64,000 nt of DNA from an uncultured Verrucomicrobiae bacterium (GTDB lineage Bacteria > Verrucomicrobiota > Verrucomicrobiia > Chthoniobacterales > Chthoniobacteraceae). The stretch is taken from contig CAVYKI010000012.1 in assembly GCA_963769025.1 (NCBI GenBank), positions 160,001 to 224,000 on the forward strand, in the 5' to 3' direction. Both the position numbers and the translations under genes were made by a program. Positions 52,956 to 61,736 of this stretch are shown one piece after another. The notes below the pieces were generated by a model. It was not told the DNA's origin. It did not search any database and was given only the letters and a program-made list of their open reading frames with translations. Every line of letters begins with the position of its first letter. Position 1 is the first letter of the stretch.

Positions 52956-55040
52956 CTACTCGGCGATCGCGGCCTCGACGTGCGTCTGCGACTTCGACGC
53001 GGGATCGCCGCTCTTCCAAAGTGCGCCCTTTCCGAGTTTCAGCAGGCCGGTGACATCGCCAAACGTCGCGGCCCCCGGCTGGAACCAGGGGCTGTAGATG
53101 CTCGCGGCGTCGAGCAACCGCACGCCCTTCGCATCGAGCACGGCCTTGCTCACGTAGCCGTCGGACAGCGCGCGCGCGGCGGCGGCGATGGCGGCGGTCT
53201 TGTCGAGCGCGACGAGCACGACGCCCGACGAGCGGTGTTCGTGGTCGCGGGCGAACGCGAGCAGCGTGAGCACGTCGTGGACGCGCTGGACGAAGAGCGA
53301 GTGATTGTAGCCGAACGTGAACGCCGCGGCTTCACGCGGGTTTTTCACCTTGCGGACCGGCATGTCGGACTGGCCGTCGGAAAGAAACTCACCCTGCATG
53401 AAAAGGTCGGCCGCGATGACGCTCACGCCGGCTGCGAGCAGGCGCGCCACGTCGGCGTTCGGCTGGCTGCCGTCGAGCAGCGGCGCCTTACCTTTTTCCG
53501 TCAGCCAGATCACGGTGCGCCCGTTCCATTTCTTCGGGTGGAAAAAGACGCACGGCACCGCCTCGTGACGGGCCTCATTGGTCACGACGCCGCGCATGAG
53601 CAACCAGTCGCCACGGTCCTCCTTTTTGAACGTCGATCGATCCATCGCGGCCTTCTCGCCGGCGAGCGGTCGGGCGACGATTGCCTCAAGAGCCGGCCGC
53701 GCGATCTTTTCAAAACCGGCGGCGAGGTTCTTGTCGGTGTCTTCCTTCGACCACTTCAGCAGCTTTTTCTCGAAGTCCGGGCCGGCGGCGGGCGCGGGAT
53801 GCTGTGCGTCCCATACGGTGAGCTGGTCGCGCGTGAGCGGCTCGTAGTCGCGCTCCTTCAGCCACTCGCCGGCGAGGCCGAGGCGGAAGTGCGTGTTGAG
53901 GAAATCGTAGATGTGCTCGCGCGTGACGAGGTTGTAGTTGTGCGGATGATCCGGGTGGTCGAAGAGCTTCACGCTGTCCGGCGCGCCCAGGTTTTTCCAG
54001 TGCTGCGCGAGGTCGGGGAAGCCCTTCGTGGAGAGATTCACCGTCCAGTCCTTCGCGGTCGTGAGGCCCATCGGCTTCGGCGCGAAGAGCGCGGCGAACT
54101 CGATGTTGCCGGTGCCGACACGCAGCAGGCTCGCATTTTCGCACGTGCAGCCGCCCTGCATCGCGGTGCTCACCATCACGCACGGCACCGAAACGGTGAT
54201 GCGCGGATCGAGCGCGGCGAGGATCATGGACTGCGTGCCGCCGCCGCTCGCGCCGGTCACGGCGAGGCGCTTCGGGTCCACGTCGTCGAGCGCGGTGAGG
54301 AAGTCGAGCGACCGGACGTTATTCCACGTCTGGATGCCCATGATGTTCTGGCTGTACGTCTCCGCCTGCGGCGAAAAGAGGCCCCATTTTCCGGGCTCCG
54401 GCGAGATCATCTCCGGCCGCTGAACCTTGAAGCCGTGCGCGATGGCCGCGGCGATCTGCTGCGAGTCGCTGTTGCCGAGCATGTCGCTCACGAAGGCGAC
54501 GCAGCCCATGCGCGCGAGTTGCACGCCCATGGATTGGAAAATTGTGCGCCCGCCGATCAACGAGCGTTCCTGACCGGCCTCGATTTCCTTCTTCAGTGCG
54601 GCATCCGCCTTTTCCCAAAAGCGCGCGTCCTGCCAGTGCCCGTGCGTGACGATGACGGCGGGATGTTTTCCCGGCTGGCCTTTGGGCCGGTAGAGATTCC
54701 CCGTGTGGAAGAGGCCCGGCATCGGCTCGAAGTACACTTTCTCCACCGTGTAGCCGTCGCGTTCGACCTTGCCGTGGATGACGGCGTTCAGCGGCGTGCG
54801 CGTTGGCTCCGGCCAGAGGCCGAGGGCCACGCGCATCTGGGTCTTCAGCGTCGCGGCGCGATTCTCCCACACGGCCTTCGAGTCCGGCGGCGACCACGGG
54901 AAATAGCCGTCGAGGTCTTTGAGGGGCTGCAGGCGGATATCGTCGGGAAGCGATGCCGCGGGCAGCACGCGGGGCGACTCGGCGGCGAAGGTGAGAAACG
55001 ACGTGAGCGCGGCGATGGCGCAGAGGGGGAATGCTTTCAT
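52956..55040 (-). CDS. Acetylxylan-esterase-like alpha/beta hydrolase
   Basis: GYTVEKVYF, HGHW, TGASGGGTQ, MQGGCTCEN, HNYN. Confidence 0.88.
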   Translation of the reverse strand: MKAFPLCAIAALTSFLTFAAESPRVLPAASLPDDIRLQPLKDLDGYFPWSPPDSKAVWENRAATLKTQMRVALGLWPEPTRTPLNAVIHGKVERDGYTVEKVYFEPMPGLFHTGNLYRPKGQPGKHPAVIVTHGHWQDARFWEKADAALKKEIEAGQERSLIGGRTIFQSMGVQLARMGCVAFVSDMLGNSDSQQIAAAIAHGFKVQRPEMISPEPGKWGLFSPQAETYSQNIMGIQTWNNVRSLDFLTALDDVDPKRLAVTGASGGGTQSMILAALDPRITVSVPCVMVSTAMQGGCTCENASLLRVGTGNIEFAALFAPKPMGLTTAKDWTVNLSTKGFPDLAQHWKNLGAPDSVKLFDHPDHPHNYNLVTREHIYDFLNTHFRLGLAGEWLKERDYEPLTRDQLTVWDAQHPAPAAGPDFEKKLLKWSKEDTDKNLAAGFEKIARPALEAIVARPLAGEKAAMDRSTFKKEDRGDWLLMRGVVTNEARHEAVPCVFFHPKKWNGRTVIWLTEKGKAPLLDGSQPNADVARLLAAGVSVIAADLFMQGEFLSDGQSDMPVRKVKNPREAAAFTFGYNHSLFVQRVHDVLTLLAFARDHEHRSSGVVLVALDKTAAIAAAARALSDGYVSKAVLDAKGVRLLDAASIYSPWFQPGAATFGDVTGLLKLGKGALWKSGDPASKSQTHVEAAIAE

Positions 55041-55133
55041 CGGTCGCGACAGTGGCAGGCGTCGGAACGGGCGGCAATGCCGGGATGAAGATTGCGTGTT
55101 GTCTTCCCCGTCGGCATGCGGTTGAAATCGCTC

Positions 55134-55610
55134 ATGTTCAGTGGCTCAGTACCCTTTGCGCGTCGGGTGAACACGGTTGCAGGTTTGGAAACCCTGGTCG
55201 GAATCCATGTGACCGGCGAAGTGCCGGAGGTGTATTGGGCGGATTCGCACAGCAATTTTCTATTCGTCAGCGAACGCGAGGCGCGCGAAGCGGTGAGCGA
55301 CCCCTACTACCAGCAATTCCTCCCCGACGTGGATTGGACGCAGACCGCGATCCGGGAGGTGAATATCTACCGTTCGTATTGCTCGGACCCGGCTGCGCTC
55401 TGGCTGGTCATCGAGAAGACGTCGGAGCGTTATGGCGCGCTCAACGTGGTGAAGAAGCAAGGACGCTGGCGGGCGTCCTTTGGGGGCACCGGAGGCAAGG
55501 AAGCACGGACCGCGGCGGTCGCCGTCTGCCTCGCGGCTCTCAGGGCCGCTGATCTCGACGTGGACATCGACCACGACCGCGTGGATGCCGACCTGAGCTG
55601 CAGGCCGTGA
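55134..55610 (+). CDS. Hypothetical protein, phage ABA-sandwich-like domain
   Basis: LETLVGIHVTG...YCSDPAALWLVIEK...WRASF...ARTAAVAVCLAALRA; start uncertain. Confidence 0.55.
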   Translation: MFSGSVPFARRVNTVAGLETLVGIHVTGEVPEVYWADSHSNFLFVSEREAREAVSDPYYQQFLPDVDWTQTAIREVNIYRSYCSDPAALWLVIEKTSERYGALNVVKKQGRWRASFGGTGGKEARTAAVAVCLAALRAADLDVDIDHDRVDADLSCRP

Positions 55611-55635
55611 AGACGCCGGGGCGCGGCGATAGCCG

Positions 55636-56262
55636 CTAGCGGGCGGCCGCGAGCAGGCGATCGAGACCGTCGAGGCATAGCTGCGACCACGTCTCCAGCG
55701 CGTCGCGGCGGGCGCGGAGTTCCGGGATGGTGAGGAAGCCCGACTCCGTGATGACGGCTTCGCGCTTTCGCGCCGCGTCACTTTCCAGACGGAAAATGTG
55801 CACCACGCCGAGGTGGACCTTCCCGACGTCGTTGGAGTCGTCGTTCAGGAGCGCGACGGTGTGGTTGGTGTATTTCGTTTCGATGAAGACCTCCTCTTCG
55901 ACCTCACGGCGAACCGCTTCGTTGTAGTGGTCGCGATCGAGATTGTGGATGCCGGGAAGATGCTCATCGCTATCGTTCATGTGCCCGCCGATGCCGAGGC
56001 TCCCCTTCGCAACAAGGCGCTGCTCGCCGGCCTTTTTGCCGCGGACGTAGTGAAACACCGAGTCGCCGTGAACCAGCAGCACGTAGGGGATGATCTGCTT
56101 CAGATCGGGATTCGTCTCCGCCGGGCCACGCGCGGTGAAGAAGTTGTTTTTCCGGGCCAGCAGCACGGGCAGGTAGCGGTCCACCTCGAAGCACAGCCCC
56201 TGGAACATGCCGAGTTCTTCGAGCAGCGGGCGGCGGACGACGAGGATGTTCTCTTCTTTCAT
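55636..56262 (-). CDS. Predicted NUDIX-family phosphoesterase
   Basis: KQIIPY, SLGIGGH, RREVEEE, VGKVHLG, ETWS. Confidence 0.88.
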   Translation of the reverse strand: MKEENILVVRRPLLEELGMFQGLCFEVDRYLPVLLARKNNFFTARGPAETNPDLKQIIPYVLLVHGDSVFHYVRGKKAGEQRLVAKGSLGIGGHMNDSDEHLPGIHNLDRDHYNEAVRREVEEEVFIETKYTNHTVALLNDDSNDVGKVHLGVVHIFRLESDAARKREAVITESGFLTIPELRARRDALETWSQLCLDGLDRLLAAAR

Positions 56263-56348
56263 CCCTCCCGTTTAACCGGGCTGGCGATTTTTGAGACAAA
56301 AAAATCGAACGGCGACGCCCTTTCGAGTGACAACATGTCTGCTCCCCT

Positions 56349-56843
56349 GTGCAAAACGAACCTTCTCCCGACGCGTGGCGCGACTGGCTCCGCCATCATG
56401 GCGCCCGCTTTCTCCTTTATGCCCGGCAGCAGACCCGCACGGAGTCGGATGCCGAAGACATCATGCAGGACGCCATCGTCGAGTCGTGGCAGCGCGCAAG
56501 CGGCATGCCCTCGGACGCGCTCGTCTTTTCCACCATCCGCCGACGGGCGATCGATCTCGCGCGGAGCAGTGACCGGCGCCATGTCCGCGAAGAGGAAGCC
56601 GGCGGGCCTGCCGTGGAGTGGGCATCGCCGGATATCGAGGAACGTGAAACCCAACGCATTCTCGCCGAAGCCGTGAATTCGCTGCAACCCAACTACCGCG
56701 AAGTGGTGACCCTGAAGGTCTGGGGCGGCCTCACTTTCCAGGAAATCGCCGAAGTCACGGGAGTCCCGCTGAACACGGCCGCCTCGCGCTACCGCTACGC
56801 GATCGAGGGGCTGCGGGAGAATTTGAAAGGAGTCGTGCTGTGA
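56349..56843 (+). CDS. ECF RNA polymerase sigma factor
   Basis: DAEDIMQD, RAIDLAR, LTFQEIAE, NTAASRYRY. Confidence 0.92.
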   Translation: MQNEPSPDAWRDWLRHHGARFLLYARQQTRTESDAEDIMQDAIVESWQRASGMPSDALVFSTIRRRAIDLARSSDRRHVREEEAGGPAVEWASPDIEERETQRILAEAVNSLQPNYREVVTLKVWGGLTFQEIAEVTGVPLNTAASRYRYAIEGLRENLKGVVL

Positions 56844-57307
56844 GTGACATCGATCCCATCGAAGATGCGCTGCGCAAAATGCGGCCCGCGGAACTGGAAC
56901 CCTCGCTCATGGCGCGGCTTTCCGCGGCGCGTCCGCGCAAGGAAACGCAGCCGACGCATTCCGCATGGCGCGAGGGGCTGCTGCGCTGGTTGCTGCCGGT
57001 CGCGGCGAGCGCATGCGTGGCCGTCGCGACGTTCCTTTTGCTCGAGCGCACCCGCACGCCCGATGTGCGCGAAGGCGGGGCGGACGGCATCACGTCGGCG
57101 GGCTCGCCGCTGCCGGTGGAGAGCCAGGATTACCTCGTGAGCGCGCAGCCGGTCGGCATCGTCGTCGCTCCGAACCAGCAGCCTTACCGGATCATGGACG
57201 TGCAGTGGCTCGAGTATCAGACGGTGCGGGAGCGCTCCGACGGCCCGGCGCTCCATACGGCCACGACGCGGCGCGACATCATCCCCGTCGCTCTCGAACT
57301 TTACTGA
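56840..57307 (+). CDS. Putative anti-sigma factor
   Basis: GTGA overlap with the sigma gene, single TM helix. Confidence 0.65.
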   Translation: MSDIDPIEDALRKMRPAELEPSLMARLSAARPRKETQPTHSAWREGLLRWLLPVAASACVAVATFLLLERTRTPDVREGGADGITSAGSPLPVESQDYLVSAQPVGIVVAPNQQPYRIMDVQWLEYQTVRERSDGPALHTATTRRDIIPVALELY

Positions 57308-57332
57308 ACCCTCAACAACCGAACCCCACATC

Positions 57333-58358
57333 ATGAAAACGAAAATCCTGACCCAGACCATCGCCGCGCTGCTCGTCGCGCTCCCCGTCGTGCATGCCGA
57401 AGACCAAAAGGCGGAGGAGAAGAAGGACGCGGCCAAGCAGGGCAAGACGAGTTCATCGTCATCCGTCGTCACGTCCGCCGATGGAACCGCAACCGTGACC
57501 ATCGACATCAACGGCAAGAAGGAGACGCGCACCTTCAAGCTCGGCGACGGGAACAACACGTTCACCTTCGGCAAGGAAGGCGACGGCGCGAAGGCGGCGG
57601 GTGGCGGGAAAATGCAACCGGTCAAGGAGCAGGCGAAGCGCGAGAAGGGCCCGTGGGTCGGCATCGCGATGGAGCCCGTGCACGACGTCGTCCGCGCGCA
57701 GCTCTCGCTCGCGCCGGGCGAGGGAATCGTGGTCAGCCATGTCGCGCCGGACAGCCCCGCGGCGAAGGCCGGTCTGCAGCCGAACGACATTTTGCTGCGC
57801 TTCGAGGACCAGATCCTCCTCGAGCCGCTGCAGCTCCGGAAATTGATCGCCATGAAGAAGCCCGGCGACACGGTGAAGCTCGGCTACCTGCGCAAAGGCG
57901 AGCGCAAGGACGCGAGCGTGACGCTCGTGGAACACGAAATCGAGCCGATGGAGAACAACCCGGCGCAGTGGCTGAAGGGAATGCCCGGCTTTCCGATGCT
58001 GCCGGGGCCGGGAATGGAAAACCGGCTCGAGCGTTTCCAGGAACAGCTCAAGCAACTGAAGGAAAAGCATCCCGGCGTGATCGTGGACAAACGCGAGTGG
58101 TTCAGCGGAGCGCCCGAGCAGATGCTCAAGGGCCCGATCGAAAAACTTCTGCGGGGCCTGGAGGATTCGAAGCTTCCGAAGGACGAAATCGAGAATCTCC
58201 GCAAGCAACTGGAGAACGCGAAACGCAGTTCCGAGGAGGCGATGGAGCACGCACGCCGTGCGGTGGAAGAAGCATCGAGGGCGCTCAACGAAGGACGAAA
58301 GCCGTTCGAAAAGGAGAAGAAAGGCGAACAGCCGAAGAAGCCCGGCGAGCCGCTGTAA
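57333..58358 (+). CDS. Secreted PDZ domain protein
   Basis: Signal peptide, WVGIAM, VAPDSPAAKAGLQPNDIL. Confidence 0.88.
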   Translation: MKTKILTQTIAALLVALPVVHAEDQKAEEKKDAAKQGKTSSSSSVVTSADGTATVTIDINGKKETRTFKLGDGNNTFTFGKEGDGAKAAGGGKMQPVKEQAKREKGPWVGIAMEPVHDVVRAQLSLAPGEGIVVSHVAPDSPAAKAGLQPNDILLRFEDQILLEPLQLRKLIAMKKPGDTVKLGYLRKGERKDASVTLVEHEIEPMENNPAQWLKGMPGFPMLPGPGMENRLERFQEQLKQLKEKHPGVIVDKREWFSGAPEQMLKGPIEKLLRGLEDSKLPKDEIENLRKQLENAKRSSEEAMEHARRAVEEASRALNEGRKPFEKEKKGEQPKKPGEPL

Positions 58359-58384
58359 GGCGGAACCGATCCGCCAGCGCGATT

Positions 58385-58831
58385 TTACCGGTGCCTTTCC
58401 TCCGGCAGGAGGAATGCGCTTTTGATCACATTGATGCGCGGCTCGCCGTCGCCGACGACGACCTCGACGATGTCGAATCGGAAGTTCACCTCGGGCCGGT
58501 CGAGCAGCCGCAGCCACGCGCGCGCGCCGCGTGAGATAAGCTCCTCCTTCGCGCGATCCACGGCGTCGGCGGGGCGTCCAGCCTCCTCGCTGGTGCGCGT
58601 TTTTACCTCGGCAAAGACGAGCGTGTTCTCCACGAGGTCGCGAAGCACGAGGTCCACCTCTCCCCCGCCCTTTGCGCGGAAGTTCCGGTAGAGCACCTTG
58701 CAGCCGTGCCTGCGGAGATGGCGCTCCGCGAGCCGTTCGCCGCGCCGGCCGAGCGAATGCCGCGGGTCAGAGGGCGAGTTCCGCCTGGCGAACCGGGAGA
58801 AAAGACCGGCGATGGATTGGACAAGGCCCAT
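58385..58831 (-). CDS. yraN: YraN/UPF0102 family protein
   Basis: GRRGERLA, RNFR, GEVDLV, FAEVKTR, RFDIV. Confidence 0.9.
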   Translation of the reverse strand: MGLVQSIAGLFSRFARRNSPSDPRHSLGRRGERLAERHLRRHGCKVLYRNFRAKGGGEVDLVLRDLVENTLVFAEVKTRTSEEAGRPADAVDRAKEELISRGARAWLRLLDRPEVNFRFDIVEVVVGDGEPRINVIKSAFLLPEERHR

Positions 58832-59384
58832 GTTGCTTGAGCGCTGCGAGGTGTTGTGGCGTGCCGTAGCCCTTGTGCCGGGCAAAATCGTAGCCGGGGA
58901 ATTTCGCGCACATCTCTACCATCAGCCGGTCGCGCGTGACCTTCGCGATGACGCTCGCCGCGGCGATGCTGAAGCTCAGCGCGTCGCCCCCGACGAGCGC
59001 GGTCTGCGGCACGGGAAAAGGGCGCACGGGAAGCCCGTCGATGAGCACGTGCTGCGGCTGCGGAGTCAGCTTTGCGACCGCCCGGCGCATGGCCTCGTGA
59101 GTGGCGCGGAGGATGTTCAGGCGGTCGATTTCATCGTGCTCCACGATGGCGACCGCCCAAAAGATTTTGCCGTTTCCAGTGAGCTCGCCGTAGATCGACT
59201 CACGCACAGCCTCGGGGAGTTGCTTGGAATCGTTGAGTTTCCGATGCCGAAACTTCTCCGGCAAAATCACCGCCGCGGCGACCACCGGCCCGGCGAGCGG
59301 ACCCCGGCCGGCCTCATCCACTCCCGCCACCAAAAGCAAACCTCGCGAGCGAAGGTCAGCTTCACGCGCGAGGTTGCAGGCCAT
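58767..59384 (-). CDS. rnhB: Ribonuclease HII
   Basis: GVDEAGRGPLAGPV, DSK, SIAAASVIAKVTRD, HKGYGT, HRRSF. Confidence 0.97.
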   Translation of the reverse strand: MACNLAREADLRSRGLLLVAGVDEAGRGPLAGPVVAAAVILPEKFRHRKLNDSKQLPEAVRESIYGELTGNGKIFWAVAIVEHDEIDRLNILRATHEAMRRAVAKLTPQPQHVLIDGLPVRPFPVPQTALVGGDALSFSIAAASVIAKVTRDRLMVEMCAKFPGYDFARHKGYGTPQHLAALKQHGPCPIHRRSFLPVRQAELAL

Positions 59385-59409
59385 GGGAATGGCAAATGGT
59401 AGATGGTGC

Positions 59410-59793
59410 TTACGCGGCCGCGGCAGGCGCGACCTCGGCCGTTTCGCGCGCCTTGTCCTTCACAGCCAGCGCGGCCTTGCCGGTGCGGTTGCGGAGGTAG
59501 TTCAACTTGGAACGGCGCACGCTGCCCTGGTTTTCGACCGCGATTTTCGAGATGCGCGGGGAATGCAACGGGAACACGCGCTCCACGCCCTCGCCGTAAC
59601 TGATGCGGCGGACGGTGAAGCTGGCGTTGATGTCCGTGCCGCGGCGGGCAATGACGACTCCGGTAAACTTCTGGATGCGCTCCTTGTCGCCTTCCTTGAC
59701 GATGGTGTGGACGCAGATGGTATCGCCGACATTGAACCCGTTACGGTCCGACTTGAGTTGCGACTTGTTGATTTTTTCGATGATGTTCGACAT
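59410..59793 (-). CDS. rplS: 50S ribosomal protein L19
   Basis: GDT, EGDKERIQ, FTVRRISYGEGVERVFP, VRRSKLNYLR. Confidence 0.97.
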   Translation of the reverse strand: MSNIIEKINKSQLKSDRNGFNVGDTICVHTIVKEGDKERIQKFTGVVIARRGTDINASFTVRRISYGEGVERVFPLHSPRISKIAVENQGSVRRSKLNYLRNRTGKAALAVKDKARETAEVAPAAAA

Positions 59794-59876
59794 AAGCCCG
59801 GTTGGGTTCAAAAAGGGGCGGCGTATTTACCCGATCCGCACCGGCACGCAACCGAAATCTCCGACCGCCTTCCGAC

Positions 59877-60356
59877 ATGGATGAAATCATCGACCTGCAC
59901 AGCGACCAATACTTCATGGGCGAGGCCCTGCGGCAGGCGCATCGGGCGTGGGAGCGCGAGGAGGTGCCGGTGGGCGCGGTGGTCGTCCACAATGGCCGGA
60001 TCATCGCCCGCGCCTTCAATCAGGTGGAGACCCTGAAGGACGCGACGGCGCATGCGGAAATGCTCGCCATCACGCAGGCCGAGGCCGCCATCGGCGACTG
60101 GCGACTGAGCGAATGCGACCTCTACGCGACCAAGGAACCCTGCCCGATGTGCGCCGGCGCGCTCGTGCACGTGCGGATGCGGCGGGTGATTTTCGGCTGC
60201 CCCTCGGCAAAGGACGGCGGCGCGGGAGGCGTCGTCGATCTGCTGCGGCACCCGAAGCTGAACCACCAGTGCGAAGTCACCGGCGGCGTGCGCGAAAAGG
60301 AATGCGCGGAGATGCTCAAGGCGTTCTTCCGCGAGCGGCGCGCAGAGCAGCCGTAG
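59877..60356 (+). CDS. tadA: tRNA adenosine(34) deaminase
   Basis: EVPVGAV, DATAHAE, EPCPMCAGA, LNH, FF. Confidence 0.93.
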   Translation: MDEIIDLHSDQYFMGEALRQAHRAWEREEVPVGAVVVHNGRIIARAFNQVETLKDATAHAEMLAITQAEAAIGDWRLSECDLYATKEPCPMCAGALVHVRMRRVIFGCPSAKDGGAGGVVDLLRHPKLNHQCEVTGGVREKECAEMLKAFFRERRAEQP

Positions 60357-60369
60357 GCGCGGGAGGGTG

Positions 60370-60450
60370 ATCCGCAGATTACGCAGATTTTCGCAGAGCC
60401 TCGGAAACGGGATGCCTCAAAAGTCTGCGCCCATCTGCGGAATCTGCGGA
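60370..60450. repeat. Intergenic palindromic element made of CGCAGATT-like 9-mers
   Basis: atccgcagattacgcagattttcgcaga ... tctgcgcccatctgcggaatctgcgga, between convergent tadA and queA. Confidence 0.85.
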
Positions 60451-60457
60451 ATCTCCG

Positions 60458-61510
60458 CTACACGATCAGCATGCAGTCGCCGTAGCTGTAGAAGCGGTAG
60501 CGCTCGCGGATGGCCTCTTCGTAGGCACGCAGGATGAACTCCCGTCCGGCGAGTGCGGACACGAGCATGAGCAGCGTGCTTTGCGGGAGGTGAAAGTTCG
60601 TCAGCAGCATGTCCACGGCGCGCGGTTGGAAGGGCGGGCGGATGAAGATGTCGGTGCTTCCCGCGGCGGCGCGCACGGGACGACCGATGCTTTCGAGCAC
60701 GCGCGCGCTCGTGGTGCCGACGGCGACGATGCGTTTCGCGGCGTTGCAGGCCGCGGCGGTTTCCTCGCTCACTGCGAAGCGCTCCGAGTGCATCCGGTGG
60801 TCCGCGAGATCGTCCACGAGCACGGAGCGGAATGTGCCCACGCCGACGTGCAGCGTGACGAACGCGTGCGGCACACGCGCGAGGATTTCCGGGGTAAAGT
60901 GCAGCCCCGCGGTGGGCGCGGCCACGGCTCCGGCCTCGCGCGCGAAGACCGTCTGGTAGCGCACGTTGTCCGACGCCTCGGGCTTGCGCTCGAAGTACGG
61001 CGGGAGCGGGATTTCGCCGTGCGTGTCCAGGTCCACCGCGTCGAGGAATTCGATCATGCGTTCGCCTTCCGGCTCGATGCCGCGCACGACGCCGGCCACG
61101 CCGCCGACATGCACGAGCGCGCCGAGCCGCATCTTGCGCCCGGGCTTCACGAGGCATTTCCAGAGGTAGGGCGTCCTCGCCGAGGACGCCGACGCATCGG
61201 CCGCTGTGGCCCCGGGATTCTCGCCGGAGGAATGGGGCGCTTTCGGCGAAAGCGCCCTGCCCTCGAGGAACAGCAGCTCGATCTTGCCGTCGTCCGAGAA
61301 TGCCCGTGCCGGGATCACGCGCGTGTCGTTCAGCACGACGAGATCGCCGCTTTCCAGATACGACGGGAAGTCGGCGAACTTCCGGTGCTCGATGCGCTGT
61401 TCGGCGCGGTGCAGCACCATCATGCGGGAACCATCGCGTCGCTCGGCAGGGTAGCGCGCGATGAGTTCTTCCGGCAGGGTGTAATCGTAGTCGGCGGTTC
61501 GCAGGCTCAC
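60458..61510 (-). CDS. queA: S-adenosylmethionine:tRNA ribosyltransferase-isomerase with in-frame insertion
   Basis: DYDYTLPEELIA, NDTRVIPAR, PLPPY, AVAAPTAGLHF, TNFHLP, YRFYSYGD; GTG start. Confidence 0.96.
   Translation of the reverse strand: MSLRTADYDYTLPEELIARYPAERRDGSRMMVLHRAEQRIEHRKFADFPSYLESGDLVVLNDTRVIPARAFSDDGKIELLFLEGRALSPKAPHSSGENPGATAADASASSARTPYLWKCLVKPGRKMRLGALVHVGGVAGVVRGIEPEGERMIEFLDAVDLDTHGEIPLPPYFERKPEASDNVRYQTVFAREAGAVAAPTAGLHFTPEILARVPHAFVTLHVGVGTFRSVLVDDLADHRMHSERFAVSEETAAACNAAKRIVAVGTTSARVLESIGRPVRAAAGSTDIFIRPPFQPRAVDMLLTNFHLPQSTLLMLVSALAGREFILRAYEEAIRERYRFYSYGDCMLIV
61163..61264. mobile_element. REPIN-like inverted REP pair (GTAG type) in frame inside queA
   Basis: + strand GGTAGGGCGTCCTCGCCGAGGACGCC; - strand GGCAGGGCGCTTTCGCCGAAAGCGCC. 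Confidence 0.85.
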
Positions 61511-61568
61511 AGGGCGGCGAAGGTTCCGCGTCGCGCGCGCGGCGTCCACTTCCGAATTGGAGCGCGAG

Positions 61569-61693
61569 TGTGGAGCGCTGGCGTCCCCGCCGGCCACGCT
61601 CATCTGCGAAGCACCATTCTTCTTCGCACGCCGGACAGAGAAGGTGGCGCTTCGCGTTGTGTTGCATGGCCGGCGGGACGCCAGCGCTCCACA
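61569..61693. mobile_element. REPIN-like inverted REP pair (GGAG type), intergenic
   Basis: tgtggagcgctggcgtccccgccggcca ... tggccggcgggacgccagcgctccaca. Confidence 0.88.
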
Positions 61694-61736
61694 TTTCCAA
61701 ATCGCCCTCCGCATTCCGCCGCTGTATGCGCGGGCC

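Noticed and set aside
61163..61264. queA insertion as an intein or intron
   Set aside because: Far too short, lacks Cys/Ser-start and His-Asn-end intein motifs and group I/II intron structure.
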